From an uncultured delta proteobacterium (GTDB lineage: Bacteria > Myxococcota_A > Polyangia > Polyangiales > B10-G4), in contig CAVSGI010000020.1 in NCBI GenBank assembly GCA_963727445.1, positions 256,001 through 320,000 of the forward strand: DNA of 64,000 bases, in the 5' to 3' direction. The translations under genes and the position numbers were made by a program. Positions 18,834-28,989 of the stretch are shown here, piece by piece. The notes under the pieces were generated by a model. It saw only the letters and a list, made by a program, of their open reading frames with translations, did not search any database and was not told the DNA's origin. Within the stretch, counting starts at the first letter, position 1. Every line of letters starts with the position of its first letter.

Positions 18834-20843
18834 ATGGCGGAGACACCCGGCGAGGAACTCGACCAGCTCGCGATCGACACCGTTCGCACCCTCTCGATGG
18901 ACGCGGTCCAAGCCGCGAACTCCGGGCATCCCGGCACGCCCATGGCGCTCGCGCCGCTCGGCTGGCTGCTCTTCAGCAAGCTTCGGCGGCACGACCCCAC
19001 GCACCCGGAGTGGCCGGATCGCGACCGCTTCGTCCTGTCATGCGGCCACGCGTCGATGCTGCAGTACTCGCTCCTGCACCTGTCGGGCTACGACCTGCCG
19101 CTCAACGAGCTGCGCGAGTTCCGCCAGTGGGACAGCAAGACCCCGGGTCATCCCGAGTACGGCCACACGCCCGGCGTCGAGACCACCACCGGTCCGCTGG
19201 GGCAGGGCGTCGCCAACGCCGTCGGGATGGCGATGGCCGAGCGTCACCTCGCCAGGCGCTTCAACCGGCCGGGTCACACCATCATCGACCACCACACCTG
19301 GGCCATCGCCTCCGACGGAGACCTGATGGAGGGCGTGAGCGCGGAGGCGGCGTCCCTCGCCGGGCATCTGGGCCTCGGCAAGCTGATCCTCTTCTGGGAC
19401 GACAACCACATCACCATCGACGGCCGCACGGACCTGACCTTCACCGAAGACGTGATCGCTCGCTTCGCGGCTTACGGCTGGCACACCCTCAGCGTGGACG
19501 ACGGCAACGACACCGCGGCCATCGGCGCCGCCGCGGAGAAGGCGAAGGCCGATCCCCGACCGAGCTTCATCCGCGTCAAGACGATCATCGGCTGGCCGTC
19601 GCCCAACAAGCAGAACAAGTCCGCCGCTCACGGCTCTCCCCTCGGCGAGGAAGAGGTCGAGAAGACCAAGGAGATCATGGGCTGGCCCAACGAGAAGTTC
19701 CGCGTCCCGAGCGAGCTCTCGGCCGCGACCGAGGCGATCAAGGCCCGCGGCGCCGACGCCTACGGCAGCTGGCAGGAGCGCCTGACGGCTTACGAGCACG
19801 ATCATCCGGCGCTCTACGCCGAGCTCCGCGGCGCGCTCGCGGGCAAGCTCCCCGACGGATGGGATGCGGACCTGCCGAAGTTCGAGGCGGACGAAAAGGG
19901 CCTCGCGACGCGAAAGGCGGGCGGCAAGGTCATCGCCGCCATCGCTCCGAAGCTCGGTGGCCTCGTCGGCGGCTCGGCCGATCTCGCCGCGTCGAACAAC
20001 ACCAATCAGGACGGCTTCGCCGACTTCGGCGGACCCGACGCCGAGGGCGTTCCGCGCAACGTGCATTGGGGCATTCGCGAGCACGCGATGGCCTCGGCCT
20101 GCAACGGGATGGCGGTTCATGGCGGGGTGATCCCCTACGGCGCGACCTTCCTGGTCTTCAGCGACTACATGCGACCGGCGATCCGCCTCGCGTGCCTGAT
20201 GAACCTCGACGTCCGCTACGTCTTCACCCACGACTCGATCGGTCTCGGCGAGGACGGTCCCACGCACCAGCCCATCGAGCATCTGGCGGCGCTTCGGGCG
20301 ATCCCGGGGATGACGGTGATTCGGCCGGCGGACGCCAACGAGGTGCGCGTCGCCTACAAGACGATGATCGAGCGAAACGGTCCGGTGGCGTTGGTGCTCA
20401 CCCGCCAGAACGTACCGACCCTCGACCGCAGCGAGCTCATGAGCGCCGACGGCGTGCGCCGCGGTGCCTACGTCCTCGCCGATTCGGACGGTGACGAGCC
20501 GCAGGTGATCCTGATCGGCACCGGCAGCGAAGTGCACGTGGCGCTGGCCGCCCACCGGACGCTCGTGAAGGAGGGCGTTCGCTCTCGCGTGGTGTCGATG
20601 CCCTCCTGGGAGCTCTTCTCGGAGCAGAGCCGCGACTATCGCGACGCCGTCCTGCCCCCTGACGTGAACGCTCGGGTCGTGGTGGAGGCGGGGACGCGCA
20701 TGGGGTGGGAGCGCTGGGTCGGCCGGGACGGCGGGTTCGTGACCCTCGAGCGCTTCGGCGCCTCGGCGCCGGCGAAGACCCTCTACGAGAAGCTCGGGAT
20801 CACGCCCGGCGCCGTGGTGGCCGAGGCGAAGCGGCAGCTCTGA
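18834..20843 (+). CDS. tkt: Transketolase
   Basis: [54 protein letters not shown]. Confidence 0.97.
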   Translation: MAETPGEELDQLAIDTVRTLSMDAVQAANSGHPGTPMALAPLGWLLFSKLRRHDPTHPEWPDRDRFVLSCGHASMLQYSLLHLSGYDLPLNELREFRQWDSKTPGHPEYGHTPGVETTTGPLGQGVANAVGMAMAERHLARRFNRPGHTIIDHHTWAIASDGDLMEGVSAEAASLAGHLGLGKLILFWDDNHITIDGRTDLTFTEDVIARFAAYGWHTLSVDDGNDTAAIGAAAEKAKADPRPSFIRVKTIIGWPSPNKQNKSAAHGSPLGEEEVEKTKEIMGWPNEKFRVPSELSAATEAIKARGADAYGSWQERLTAYEHDHPALYAELRGALAGKLPDGWDADLPKFEADEKGLATRKAGGKVIAAIAPKLGGLVGGSADLAASNNTNQDGFADFGGPDAEGVPRNVHWGIREHAMASACNGMAVHGGVIPYGATFLVFSDYMRPAIRLACLMNLDVRYVFTHDSIGLGEDGPTHQPIEHLAALRAIPGMTVIRPADANEVRVAYKTMIERNGPVALVLTRQNVPTLDRSELMSADGVRRGAYVLADSDGDEPQVILIGTGSEVHVALAAHRTLVKEGVRSRVVSMPSWELFSEQSRDYRDAVLPPDVNARVVVEAGTRMGWERWVGRDGGFVTLERFGASAPAKTLYEKLGITPGAVVAEAKRQL

Positions 20844-20855
20844 GCCGGACGGCCC

Positions 20856-22547
20856 TCAGTCCTGCTTGTGCTCGATCTCGGGCTGAGCGGCGAAGAACTT
20901 GTTCAGCTCGGGGTCGTTGTACTTCTCGTAGTCGAGCGCCCAGGGGACCATCTCGAACTCGCCGTCGAGGTAGTTGATGGTCAGGGCGTGGGGCGTGACG
21001 CTGCGATAGCTCGAGTCTTCGGGTAGGTCGTCGTTGGTCTCGCCCCCCGCGCTGAAGAGCGTGATCAGCACCACGTCGTCGTCGTCGTAGTTCTTCTTGA
21101 AGCCCTCTTCGACCTTCTCGTGGCCGCGGATGAGGGTGTGACACCCCATCCGCTGCAGGAACGCCGCGGCTTGCAGTCGACCGAAGGGGAAGCGTGCCGA
21201 CTGCTCCTGTAGTTCGGCGGGGATCACGTCGGCGGTCGACGGATCGCTCCACATCATCTGGAAGCGGATGTCAGGGTCGTTCAGCGACGACAGGTCCTTC
21301 CAGCGCTCCTTGACCAATAGATCGCGTGGAATGCCGCCGTGGACGAACATCACGCTGTCGAAGAGCAGGACGTTGGGAAGCGCGTCGAAGAGCGACATGT
21401 AGTGGCGGAAGACGTCCACCGGAAGGTGCGGCTTGAGCGAGTTGATCGACTCGGCCGGCTTCACGCCACCGTACACCTGGCCTTTGTATTCGAGGTAGTA
21501 CTCGTGGTTGCCGCGCAGAACGTAGACGTGCTCGGGCGCCGTGGCCTTGATTTGAAGCACCGTCCGGAGGACGCCGTTCAGGCTGAAGCGCCCCCGGTCG
21601 ATGTAGTCGCCGAGGAGCACCAGCTTGGGGTCGGGGTTCTTCTTCGGGTCTTTGCGGAAGGCTTCGACCTTCTCGAAGAAGCGCGACTGCATGATGGCCG
21701 CCTTCAGGTTCGAGTAGCAGCCGTGGATGTCGCCCAGCACCGTCAGCTCGTAGCGCTGGCCTGGCTTCGGCGGCAGGACGTAGGTGTGACCGTCGAGGAA
21801 CGGCTCCTCGCTGGCGAGCTCCTGTACCTTCTTGACGCCGGTCAGCTTGCCCGCGCCTTTGGCCCGCGCCTCGTCGTGGAGCGCGATCGAGCGATCGAGC
21901 AGTCCGCGGTCGGCGCTGATCTGCTGGTTGATCTTGTCCGGGTCTCGCGAGTAGTGGAACTCGAACTGCTCGAAGAAGGGGTGCGTCTCGCGGCCGGCGG
22001 GGACGTCGACCTTGGCGGGGGGCTTGAGCTCGATCGAGGGCCGGGCGTGCTCGACCAGCTCCACGCCCAGGTCTTCTTCGAGGAGGCCCGAGATCTCGGC
22101 GCGGAGCTTCACCTCCGCCGGATGCGCCTCGCCGTCCGCGTAGATGAACTCGTCGATGGTGTCGAGGAGCGACTCCTGATTTTTGCGGTCGAAGTCCTGG
22201 AAGATCTCGTAGCAGCGCAGCTTCAACTTCGAGTGGACGAAGCTCTCCTGGCTCTCCTCGTTCGACACCGCCTCGGTGAAGAGGTCCTTCACGTGGCGAT
22301 CGATGCCTTCGAAGACCTCGTAGAAGTGCACCGTGAACTTCGCGATGAGCTCCGCCTTCAGCTTCGCGTCGGCGTCCGGCATGCCGTCTTCGACGCGATG
22401 GGCCACGAGCTTGCGGATGTAGTCCTTGATGAACTTCTTCTCGCTGTCGTCGAAGTGACCGTCGATGTACCCGAAGGTCGTGAGATAGAAGATGATCGCC
22501 TGAACCTGCTTTTCGGCGACCTGCGGATCACGGGAGAAGGTCAGCAT
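20856..22547 (-). CDS. TerB-like domain fused to a PPP-family Ser/Thr protein phosphatase
   Basis: IDGHFDDSE and YADGEAHPAE (TerB-like); GDIHG, GDYIDRG, RGNHE, HGG, WSDP, RGHE, TLFSA (PPP). Confidence 0.8.
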   Translation of the reverse strand: MLTFSRDPQVAEKQVQAIIFYLTTFGYIDGHFDDSEKKFIKDYIRKLVAHRVEDGMPDADAKLKAELIAKFTVHFYEVFEGIDRHVKDLFTEAVSNEESQESFVHSKLKLRCYEIFQDFDRKNQESLLDTIDEFIYADGEAHPAEVKLRAEISGLLEEDLGVELVEHARPSIELKPPAKVDVPAGRETHPFFEQFEFHYSRDPDKINQQISADRGLLDRSIALHDEARAKGAGKLTGVKKVQELASEEPFLDGHTYVLPPKPGQRYELTVLGDIHGCYSNLKAAIMQSRFFEKVEAFRKDPKKNPDPKLVLLGDYIDRGRFSLNGVLRTVLQIKATAPEHVYVLRGNHEYYLEYKGQVYGGVKPAESINSLKPHLPVDVFRHYMSLFDALPNVLLFDSVMFVHGGIPRDLLVKERWKDLSSLNDPDIRFQMMWSDPSTADVIPAELQEQSARFPFGRLQAAAFLQRMGCHTLIRGHEKVEEGFKKNYDDDDVVLITLFSAGGETNDDLPEDSSYRSVTPHALTINYLDGEFEMVPWALDYEKYNDPELNKFFAAQPEIEHKQD

Positions 22548-22589
22548 CGCGCAGGCATCATACCGAGGGGCGCGTGATATAGGGAATCG

Positions 22590-23303
22590 ATGGCTTCCAA
22601 GGTGGCCTTCGTGGCGGGCGCGACCGGGTATACCGGGCGAGAAGTGGTGCGAATCGCGGCCCAGGCCGGCCATCGCGTCGTGGCGCACGTCCGCCCCGAT
22701 TCATCGCGACAAGAGGAGTGGAAGGCGCGCTTCGAGGCGGTGGGGGCCGAGGTCGACACCACGCCCTGGGACGAGGAAGCGATGGTGGAGACGCTCCGGG
22801 CGCTCGGCCCCGAGGCCGTCTTCGCCCTCCTCGGCACCACCCGGAGCCGCGCCCGGGGTGAGGGGCAGACCGCCTTGGAAGCGTACGAGAAGGTCGACTA
22901 CGGGCTGACCGCCCTCCTACGGCGCGCCGCCGAGGGCTGCGGTCACGCGCCGCGCTTCGTCTATCTCTCCGCCCTCGGAGTCACCCCCGAGACCAAGAAC
23001 GCCTACCTGAAGGTCCGCGCCCGTATCGAGGCCGAGCTCCGGCAAGGGACGCTTCCCTTCACGGTGCTCAGGCCGGCGTTCATCACCGGCGACGACCGGG
23101 ACGACGGGCGGACGGGCGAGCGCGTTCAGGCCGCCGCCCTCGACGGCGTGGGCCGGGTCCTGTCGGCCGTCGGCGCCCGGCGATGGGGGCGTCGGCTCCA
23201 GACCACCAGCAACACCGCCCTGGCGCGCGATCTGGTGAACATGGCTTTCGATCCGGCCTTCGACGGCCGAATCATCGAGTCCGAGGAGCTCTCGAAACGG
23301 TAG
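22590..23303 (+). CDS. NAD(P)-binding atypical SDR (TIP30/CC3-like)
   Basis: AGATGYTG, LGTT, KVDY, YLKV...RP motifs. Confidence 0.8.
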   Translation: MASKVAFVAGATGYTGREVVRIAAQAGHRVVAHVRPDSSRQEEWKARFEAVGAEVDTTPWDEEAMVETLRALGPEAVFALLGTTRSRARGEGQTALEAYEKVDYGLTALLRRAAEGCGHAPRFVYLSALGVTPETKNAYLKVRARIEAELRQGTLPFTVLRPAFITGDDRDDGRTGERVQAAALDGVGRVLSAVGARRWGRRLQTTSNTALARDLVNMAFDPAFDGRIIESEELSKR

Positions 23304-23357
23304 GCGCGGTGCACACATGGCACCGGCCGAAAGAGGGGTTATCCTCGTCTCGTCCAA

Positions 23358-24317
23358 GTGCCAGCGGTCGCGACCACTCCACGGAAGAAGAACGGCGGCA
23401 TCATCGAGCTCCGTCGCTATGCCGGGGCCGAAGCGCACGCCCGGCAGCTCGACGGGATCCGTGTCGCGCACATCACCGACATCCACGTCGGACGCGTGAC
23501 GCCGGAGCGCATCCAGCTCGCGGCCGCCGAGCTCACCAATCAACAGATGCCGGACCTGATCGTGATGACCGGCGACTTCGTCTGCCACGGTCAGGGCTAC
23601 CTCGACCAGCTGACACAGGTGATCGAAGCGTACGACGCCCCGGTGATCGCCGTGATGGGCAATCACGACTACTGGTCCGGTGTCGACGAGGTGCGGCGCG
23701 CCCTCCGAAGGGGCGGCGCCGAGATCCTCGACAATCGCTGGACCACGGTGACGCTCAAGCACCAGGCGCTTCAGGTGGTCGGTCTCGACGACGCCTACAC
23801 CGGACACGCGTCCCGCGCGGAGGCCGTCAAAGGACTCGACCCGACGCGCGCGACGCTCGGGCTCTCACACATCGCCGAGGAAGCGGACGGCTTGTGGGCA
23901 GAGGGCGTGCCGCTGGTGCTGAGCGGTCACACCCACGGGGGCCAGGTCACACTCGCGCGTCTGCACGAGCTGTCGGTCGGCAAGCTCGCCGGCCACAAGT
24001 ACGTGCACGGCCTCTACGGCTCGCGTCACGACGACCGCGAGCCCGAAGGGGCGGTCTACGTCGGCGCCGGGATCGGTGCCGCGGTGATCCCGCTGCGGCT
24101 CGGGGACCGGGGTCGCCGCGAGGTGGCGATCTTCGAGCTGGGCGAGCAGCCCGGGGTGCTCGACGAACATCACGAGGAACAGCCCCCCCTCAAGGGTCGA
24201 AAGCCGAAGCTGCGCACCAAGCTCAAGCGGCACATCGCGGTGACCAAGAAGCGCGAAAAGCGCGAGAAGAAACGCGCGAAGGTCCAAGCGAAACAGGCCA
24301 AGAAGAACGGCAGCTGA
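23358..24317 (+). CDS. Metallophosphoesterase (YkuE-like) with basic C-terminal tail
   Basis: TDIH, TGDF, GNHD, LSH, SGHTHGGQ. Confidence 0.85.
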   Translation: MPAVATTPRKKNGGIIELRRYAGAEAHARQLDGIRVAHITDIHVGRVTPERIQLAAAELTNQQMPDLIVMTGDFVCHGQGYLDQLTQVIEAYDAPVIAVMGNHDYWSGVDEVRRALRRGGAEILDNRWTTVTLKHQALQVVGLDDAYTGHASRAEAVKGLDPTRATLGLSHIAEEADGLWAEGVPLVLSGHTHGGQVTLARLHELSVGKLAGHKYVHGLYGSRHDDREPEGAVYVGAGIGAAVIPLRLGDRGRREVAIFELGEQPGVLDEHHEEQPPLKGRKPKLRTKLKRHIAVTKKREKREKKRAKVQAKQAKKNGS

Positions 24318-24384
24318 GTGCCCGAGGGCGGCGTGGTGGCGGCGGCAAACCATCCGGCCACATATCGTTGCTAGGTTTCGACCC

Positions 24385-24853
24385 ATGCAGGTGCCGGAAG
24401 TAGAAGACGTCGTCTCGGATGAGGAGCGAGCCTGGCGAGAGCGCGTCGTTTCCCTCGTGATCTCGGGAACGGGCGTGAGCGATGACCTCGCGTTTGGCTT
24501 CCCGTGCGCCCTGCCCCCGGGCCTGCCCTGCCGCTTCGCCAGCGTCTCCTACCGCGCCGATTATTGTGTGCTGTCTCTCCATCTCGAGACCGCGGGCGCC
24601 CGTGAGCGCCTCCTGACGCTGCGAGAGCTCCTGAGACACGCTGGTTTCACCCTCCCCATCGACGAGCCCACCCGTATCCACGCCGCCACTTCCAAGCCGG
24701 GCATCACCTCCTCGATTCGAGATCGAGGCGCTGCCGAACGGTCTTCGCGTCGTGTGGTGGCTCGACGACGACAAGATGTCGTGGCTCCTCGACGACCAGG
24801 TGTGCATCGACCGCGCTCGAGGATCGCGCAAGCCCGGTCGCGACGGGCTCTGA
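24385..24853 (+). CDS. Hypothetical protein with an apparent +1 frameshift near 24716
   Basis: Codon usage collapses (CGA-rich) after 24716. Deleting one T restores ...SIEIEALPNGLRVVWWLDDDK...GL, stop 24853, and removes the overlap with the next gene. Confidence 0.5.
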
Positions 24854-24878
24854 TTCCGCGCCCGGGCGGTGTCGAGCC

Positions 24879-26000
24879 TCAGCGCTCTTCGCGAACCAGT
24901 GCGGCGACGCGCTCTGCGATGGCCGGAGCCGCGGTCAGGCCGGGTGACTCGATGCCGATCAGGTTGATGAGGCCCGGTGCGCCATGCGCCGATGCCTCTT
25001 CGATGACGAAGTCGCGGAAGGGCTCGCCCGGGCCCGCGAGGCGAGGGCGTATGCCGGCGTAGTCGGGGCTGAGGTGCGCGGCCTGGACGCCCGGCAGGTA
25101 GCGGGCCACCGACGCGGAGAAGGCCTCGGCCTTCGCGTCGTCGACTCCGTAGTCGTCGCGTCGCTCGACGAAGGTCGCGTCGGGGCCCGCGATGCAGCGA
25201 CCACCGAGATCGACCGTCAGGTGGATGCCGAGACCGGGGCCGTTGGGCACCGGATACACCAGCGCGGTCTCGGGCCTCGGTGCGGCTGCGGCGAGGGCGA
25301 AGTAATCGCCCTTGCACGGGTGGAGGCGATAGCCGAGGACGTCCACGTCGAGGCCGGCGAGCGCGGCGACCCGGTCGGCCTCGAGGCCCGCGGCGTTGAC
25401 CACCCACCGTGCGCGGATCGACAGGCGCTCGGCGCGCGCGTTGTCGGTGTCGACGACGAGATGGTTGCCCTTCGGCGCGATCCCGACCGCCCAGGTCGAG
25501 AGCGCCACGTCGGCGTCGTGCGCGCGGGCCTCGGCGCGAAAGCTGTCGACCAGACCGTGTGCGTCGATGATGCCGGACTCCGGGGAGAGGAGGGCGCCCA
25601 CCCCGCTCAGGAGTGGCTCCCTGGCTTTGAGCTGCGCCTGGTCGAGCGTCTCGAGGGTGACGCCGGCAGCGCGCGCGCGTGCGTCGATCCGCTCGAGGCC
25701 TTCGATCTCGGTCTCGTTTGTGGCGACGATCAGCTTGCCCGACTTGCGGTGAGCGATGGAGAGACGCTCCGCGCGCGCGTAGATCAACTGGCGCCCGCGC
25801 ACGCAGGTCACGGCTTTGAGGGAGTCGGGCGGGTAGTAGATGCCGGCGTGGATCACGCCGCTGTTGCGGCTCGAGGTGATGCGGCCCGTTCCGCTCTCAC
25901 GCTCGAGAACCAGAACCGAGCGGCCCTCACGACAAAGCGCGGCGGCGACAGCGAGGCCCACCACTCCAGCACCAACGACCACCACCTCGCTCTCGAGCAC
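24879..26000 (-). CDS. FAD-dependent oxidoreductase, L-2-hydroxyglutarate oxidase family
   Basis: GAGVVG, SSRNSGVIHAGIYY...SLKA, KGDY, LGIHLT, YAGIRP, GIESPGLT. Confidence 0.88.
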   Translation of the reverse strand: MLESEVVVVGAGVVGLAVAAALCREGRSVLVLERESGTGRITSSRNSGVIHAGIYYPPDSLKAVTCVRGRQLIYARAERLSIAHRKSGKLIVATNETEIEGLERIDARARAAGVTLETLDQAQLKAREPLLSGVGALLSPESGIIDAHGLVDSFRAEARAHDADVALSTWAVGIAPKGNHLVVDTDNARAERLSIRARWVVNAAGLEADRVAALAGLDVDVLGYRLHPCKGDYFALAAAAPRPETALVYPVPNGPGLGIHLTVDLGGRCIAGPDATFVERRDDYGVDDAKAEAFSASVARYLPGVQAAHLSPDYAGIRPRLAGPGEPFRDFVIEEASAHGAPGLINLIGIESPGLTAAPAIAERVAALVREER

Positions 26001-26056
26001 GGAGGCATCATGGTGGCCCTCGGCCGACACTGGCAAGCCTGCTACCCTCCGCGCCC

Positions 26057-26851
26057 ATGACGAGCATATTCAGAAGCGATTGCCTCGCCGGACGCGTCGC
26101 GCTGGTCACCGGCGGGGGTTCCGGCATCTGCAAGGGCATCACCCGCTCGCTCCTCGCCCACGGCGCCAAGGCGGCCATCGTCGGGCGAAAGAAGGCGCGC
26201 CTCGACGCGGCGGCCGAGGAGCTGGCCAAGGAAACGGGCAGCGAATGTCTCGCCATCGCCGGCGATGTGCGAGAGACGAAGCAGGTCGAGCAGATGGTCT
26301 CGGGGTGCGTCGAGCGCTTCGGCAAGCTCGACATCCTCGTCAACGGCGCCGCCGGCAACTTCCTCGCCCCCGCGGCGCAGCTCTCCTACAACGCCTTTCG
26401 CACCGTGATGGAGATCGACGCCATCGGCACCTTCAACGTATCGAAGGCGGCCTTCGACGGAGCGCTCAAAGATGGCGGAGGGGTCATCCTCAACATCTCG
26501 GCGACGCTTCATCACGGGGCGACGCCGCTCCAGTCCCACGCCGCGGCGGCGAAGGCCGCGGTGGACTCGGTGACCCGCTCCCTCGCCGCGGAGTGGGGGA
26601 GCCTCGGTATCCGCGTGGTCGGCATCGCGCCCGGACCCATCGGCGACACCGAGGGCGTCGCCCGCCTCGTCCCGCAGGGGATGAAAGAGAAGATCGAGCG
26701 CGGCATCCCCCTGGGTCGTTTCGGCACCATCGCCGAGATCGCCAACCTCGCGACCTTTCTCTGCACAGACGCCGCGTCCTTGATCACCGGCGACACCATC
26801 ATCGCCGACGGGGGCCAGTTCCTCCTCGGCTCGGGAGTGCTGCTGTCATGA
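26057..26851 (+). CDS. SDR, peroxisomal-type 2,4-dienoyl-CoA reductase (DECR2-like)
   Basis: TGGGSGI, NGAAGNFL, QSHAAAAKA (no catalytic Tyr), IAPGPIGDTEG. Confidence 0.85.
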   Translation: MTSIFRSDCLAGRVALVTGGGSGICKGITRSLLAHGAKAAIVGRKKARLDAAAEELAKETGSECLAIAGDVRETKQVEQMVSGCVERFGKLDILVNGAAGNFLAPAAQLSYNAFRTVMEIDAIGTFNVSKAAFDGALKDGGGVILNISATLHHGATPLQSHAAAAKAAVDSVTRSLAAEWGSLGIRVVGIAPGPIGDTEGVARLVPQGMKEKIERGIPLGRFGTIAEIANLATFLCTDAASLITGDTIIADGGQFLLGSGVLLS

Positions 26852-27871
26852 GGGCGCTCATCTTGATGGTGGTCCTCGCCGCGTGCGGAGGGCAGTCGGA
26901 GGCGGGGCGGGAGACGGAGAGCGCGACCGAGACACAGACCGCGACGGAGACGGAGACACAGACCGCGACGGAGACACAGACCGCGACGGAGACACAGGCG
27001 GTGACGGAGACGGAAGCGGTCGCCGAGCCCGAGCCCACCCATCCGCGGCCCTGTCCGCCGCAGGAAGAGTGGCCCGAGGGGATGGCGTGCGTTCACGGCG
27101 GCACCTTCGAGCTCGGCGATCCGGAAGGCCGGCCGGAGGAGCAGGAGCCGGGCGAGGTGTACGTCGACACCTTCTACATGGACCTCACCGAGGTCACGAA
27201 CGAAGCCTACGAAGCGTGCATCCAGGCCGGGCGCTGCGAGCGGCCCCTGCACTTCCGGCGCTTCGACGGGCCACGCCAACCGGTGGTCGCCGTCTCCTGG
27301 TTCGACGCCGTCCATCACTGCGAGATGCTCGGCAAGCGTCTTCCGACCGAAGCCGAGTGGGAGCGCGGCGCGGCGGGTCCCGACGACACCCGCTTTCCAT
27401 GGGGAGACGAGACGGACAACATCTGCGAGCGCGCGTCGGTGAAGACCGAGGCGGGCGAAGGGTGCGGGCGGGAGATCTCCTCGCCGGTGGGCAGCTTCCC
27501 GCCCGGCCACTGGGGCCTCTACGACATGGCGGGCAACGTGCACGAGTGGGTGAACGACCGCTACAGCGAGTGTCTCCGCGGCTGCGACAACGAGTGCGGC
27601 GACGCGTGCTTCGGCGACAACCCGCGCGGCCCCTGCGGCGGCACCCTCGAGCGTTGCCGGCATCACGGGATGCGCTCGGTGCGGGGCGGCAGCTGGTACT
27701 GGCCCCTCGAACGCTCCCGGGCCCAGGCGCGCCGCGGCTCCGGCGCCCCCAATCGGGGGCCCCATCGCTTCGGCTTCCGCTGCGCGCGGGATTCTCGAGG
27801 TGCCCGCGGCGGCGGAAGAAGCCGACGGCACCGAAGCCGCCGAACAAAGTGCAGAGGCGCCTGAACAATAG
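26848..27871 (+). CDS. FGE-sulfatase (SUMF1) domain lipoprotein; probable +1 indel near 27792 in the tail
   Basis: LAA-C lipobox, Thr/Glu linker, TEVTN..Y, RLPTEAEWE, GLYDMAGNVHEW, RGGSW, GFRCA. As given the frame stops at 27864; the repaired tail DLEVPAAAEEADG... stops at 27871. Confidence 0.85.
26911..27018 (+). repeat. Coding tandem repeat (18-bp GAGACACAGACCGCGACG units; ETQTAT)
   Basis: Visible repeated units encoding the lipoprotein linker. Confidence 0.8.
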
Positions 27872-27937
27872 GCTTTTCCCCCCGTCTGACGCTCCGTTCG
27901 CGGGAGGCGCCGAGCTGAGCTAGGCTCCGCCCGCGCG

Positions 27938-28987
27938 ATGGGAGGACAGGTGCGAACGATCTACACGCTGGCGCTGGTCGCGGCGTCGCTACTCACGACG
28001 ACGACGGCCATGGCGCAGCGGCTCAGCGCCGAGCAGAGCCGCATCCTCGAGGGGGTCCCGAGCGAGCGCCTCGAGCCGCCGGGCGAGCACTACTACCGCA
28101 GCAACGAGTGGCGCCAGGACCTGCTCCGCGAGCACCTCAGCGGGCTCGGTGGCGCTTTCGTCGGCGTCGGTTCCGATCAGAACTACACGATGGCCGCGAT
28201 GGCGGGCTCGGAGTACGTCTTCCTCGTCGACTACGACCCCTTCATCCCGTGGATCCACGAGATCTACGAGATCCTGGTGACGGCGTCGGAGACGCCCGAG
28301 GCCTTCCTCGCGCGCTTCAGCGAGGAGGGCGAGCGCGAGACCACCGAGATGCTTCGCGCCGCCTTCGAGGGGCGCCCCCAGGGACGGCGCATGGTGCGTC
28401 ACTTCACCTCGCGACGCGAGTCGTGGGAAGGCTACCTCACCCGCGTGAGCCGCCTCGAGCGCGACGGGCGTCCTTTCAGCTGGCTCGCCGATCCGGAGAT
28501 GTACCAGTACACGCGGCGCATGTTCCAACAAGGCCGGATGATCTACCGCAACGGCGACGTCACCGGCACGACGACCCTCGCGGCGGTCGCGGACGCATGC
28601 CGCCGGCTTCACACGACGGTGCGCGTCGTCTACTTCTCGAACGCCGAGCAGTTCTTCGAGAACACCGACCAGTTCGTCGCGAACATGAAGGCGCTGCCTA
28701 CCGACGACCGCTCCATCGTGCTGCGCACGATCCGGCACCGCAGCATCGAGATCGCCGAGGACGGACGCTGGCACTACCTGGTCCACGACTTCCCGGACTT
28801 CCTGGCCCGCCTCGACACCGGCGTGTACCGCCGGGTCTTCTCCTTCACGGTCGACCTCTTGGCCGCCGGCCCTCCGCACCTCGGGTCGGGTGGGATCTCC
28901 ACCCTGACCTCGGACGTGCCGATGGCCGCGGTGCAAGCCGCGCGCGAGCGGCGGCGACAGCGCGAAGCGCGCCGCTCCGCACACTGA
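27938..28987 (+). CDS. Exported conserved hypothetical protein (recalled as LIC_10091-like)
   Basis: Signal peptide; YYRSNE, GGAFVGVGSDQNYT, VDYDP, YFSNAEQ. Confidence 0.65.
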   Translation: MGGQVRTIYTLALVAASLLTTTTAMAQRLSAEQSRILEGVPSERLEPPGEHYYRSNEWRQDLLREHLSGLGGAFVGVGSDQNYTMAAMAGSEYVFLVDYDPFIPWIHEIYEILVTASETPEAFLARFSEEGERETTEMLRAAFEGRPQGRRMVRHFTSRRESWEGYLTRVSRLERDGRPFSWLADPEMYQYTRRMFQQGRMIYRNGDVTGTTTLAAVADACRRLHTTVRVVYFSNAEQFFENTDQFVANMKALPTDDRSIVLRTIRHRSIEIAEDGRWHYLVHDFPDFLARLDTGVYRRVFSFTVDLLAAGPPHLGSGGISTLTSDVPMAAVQAARERRRQREARRSAH

Positions 28988-28989
28988 AA

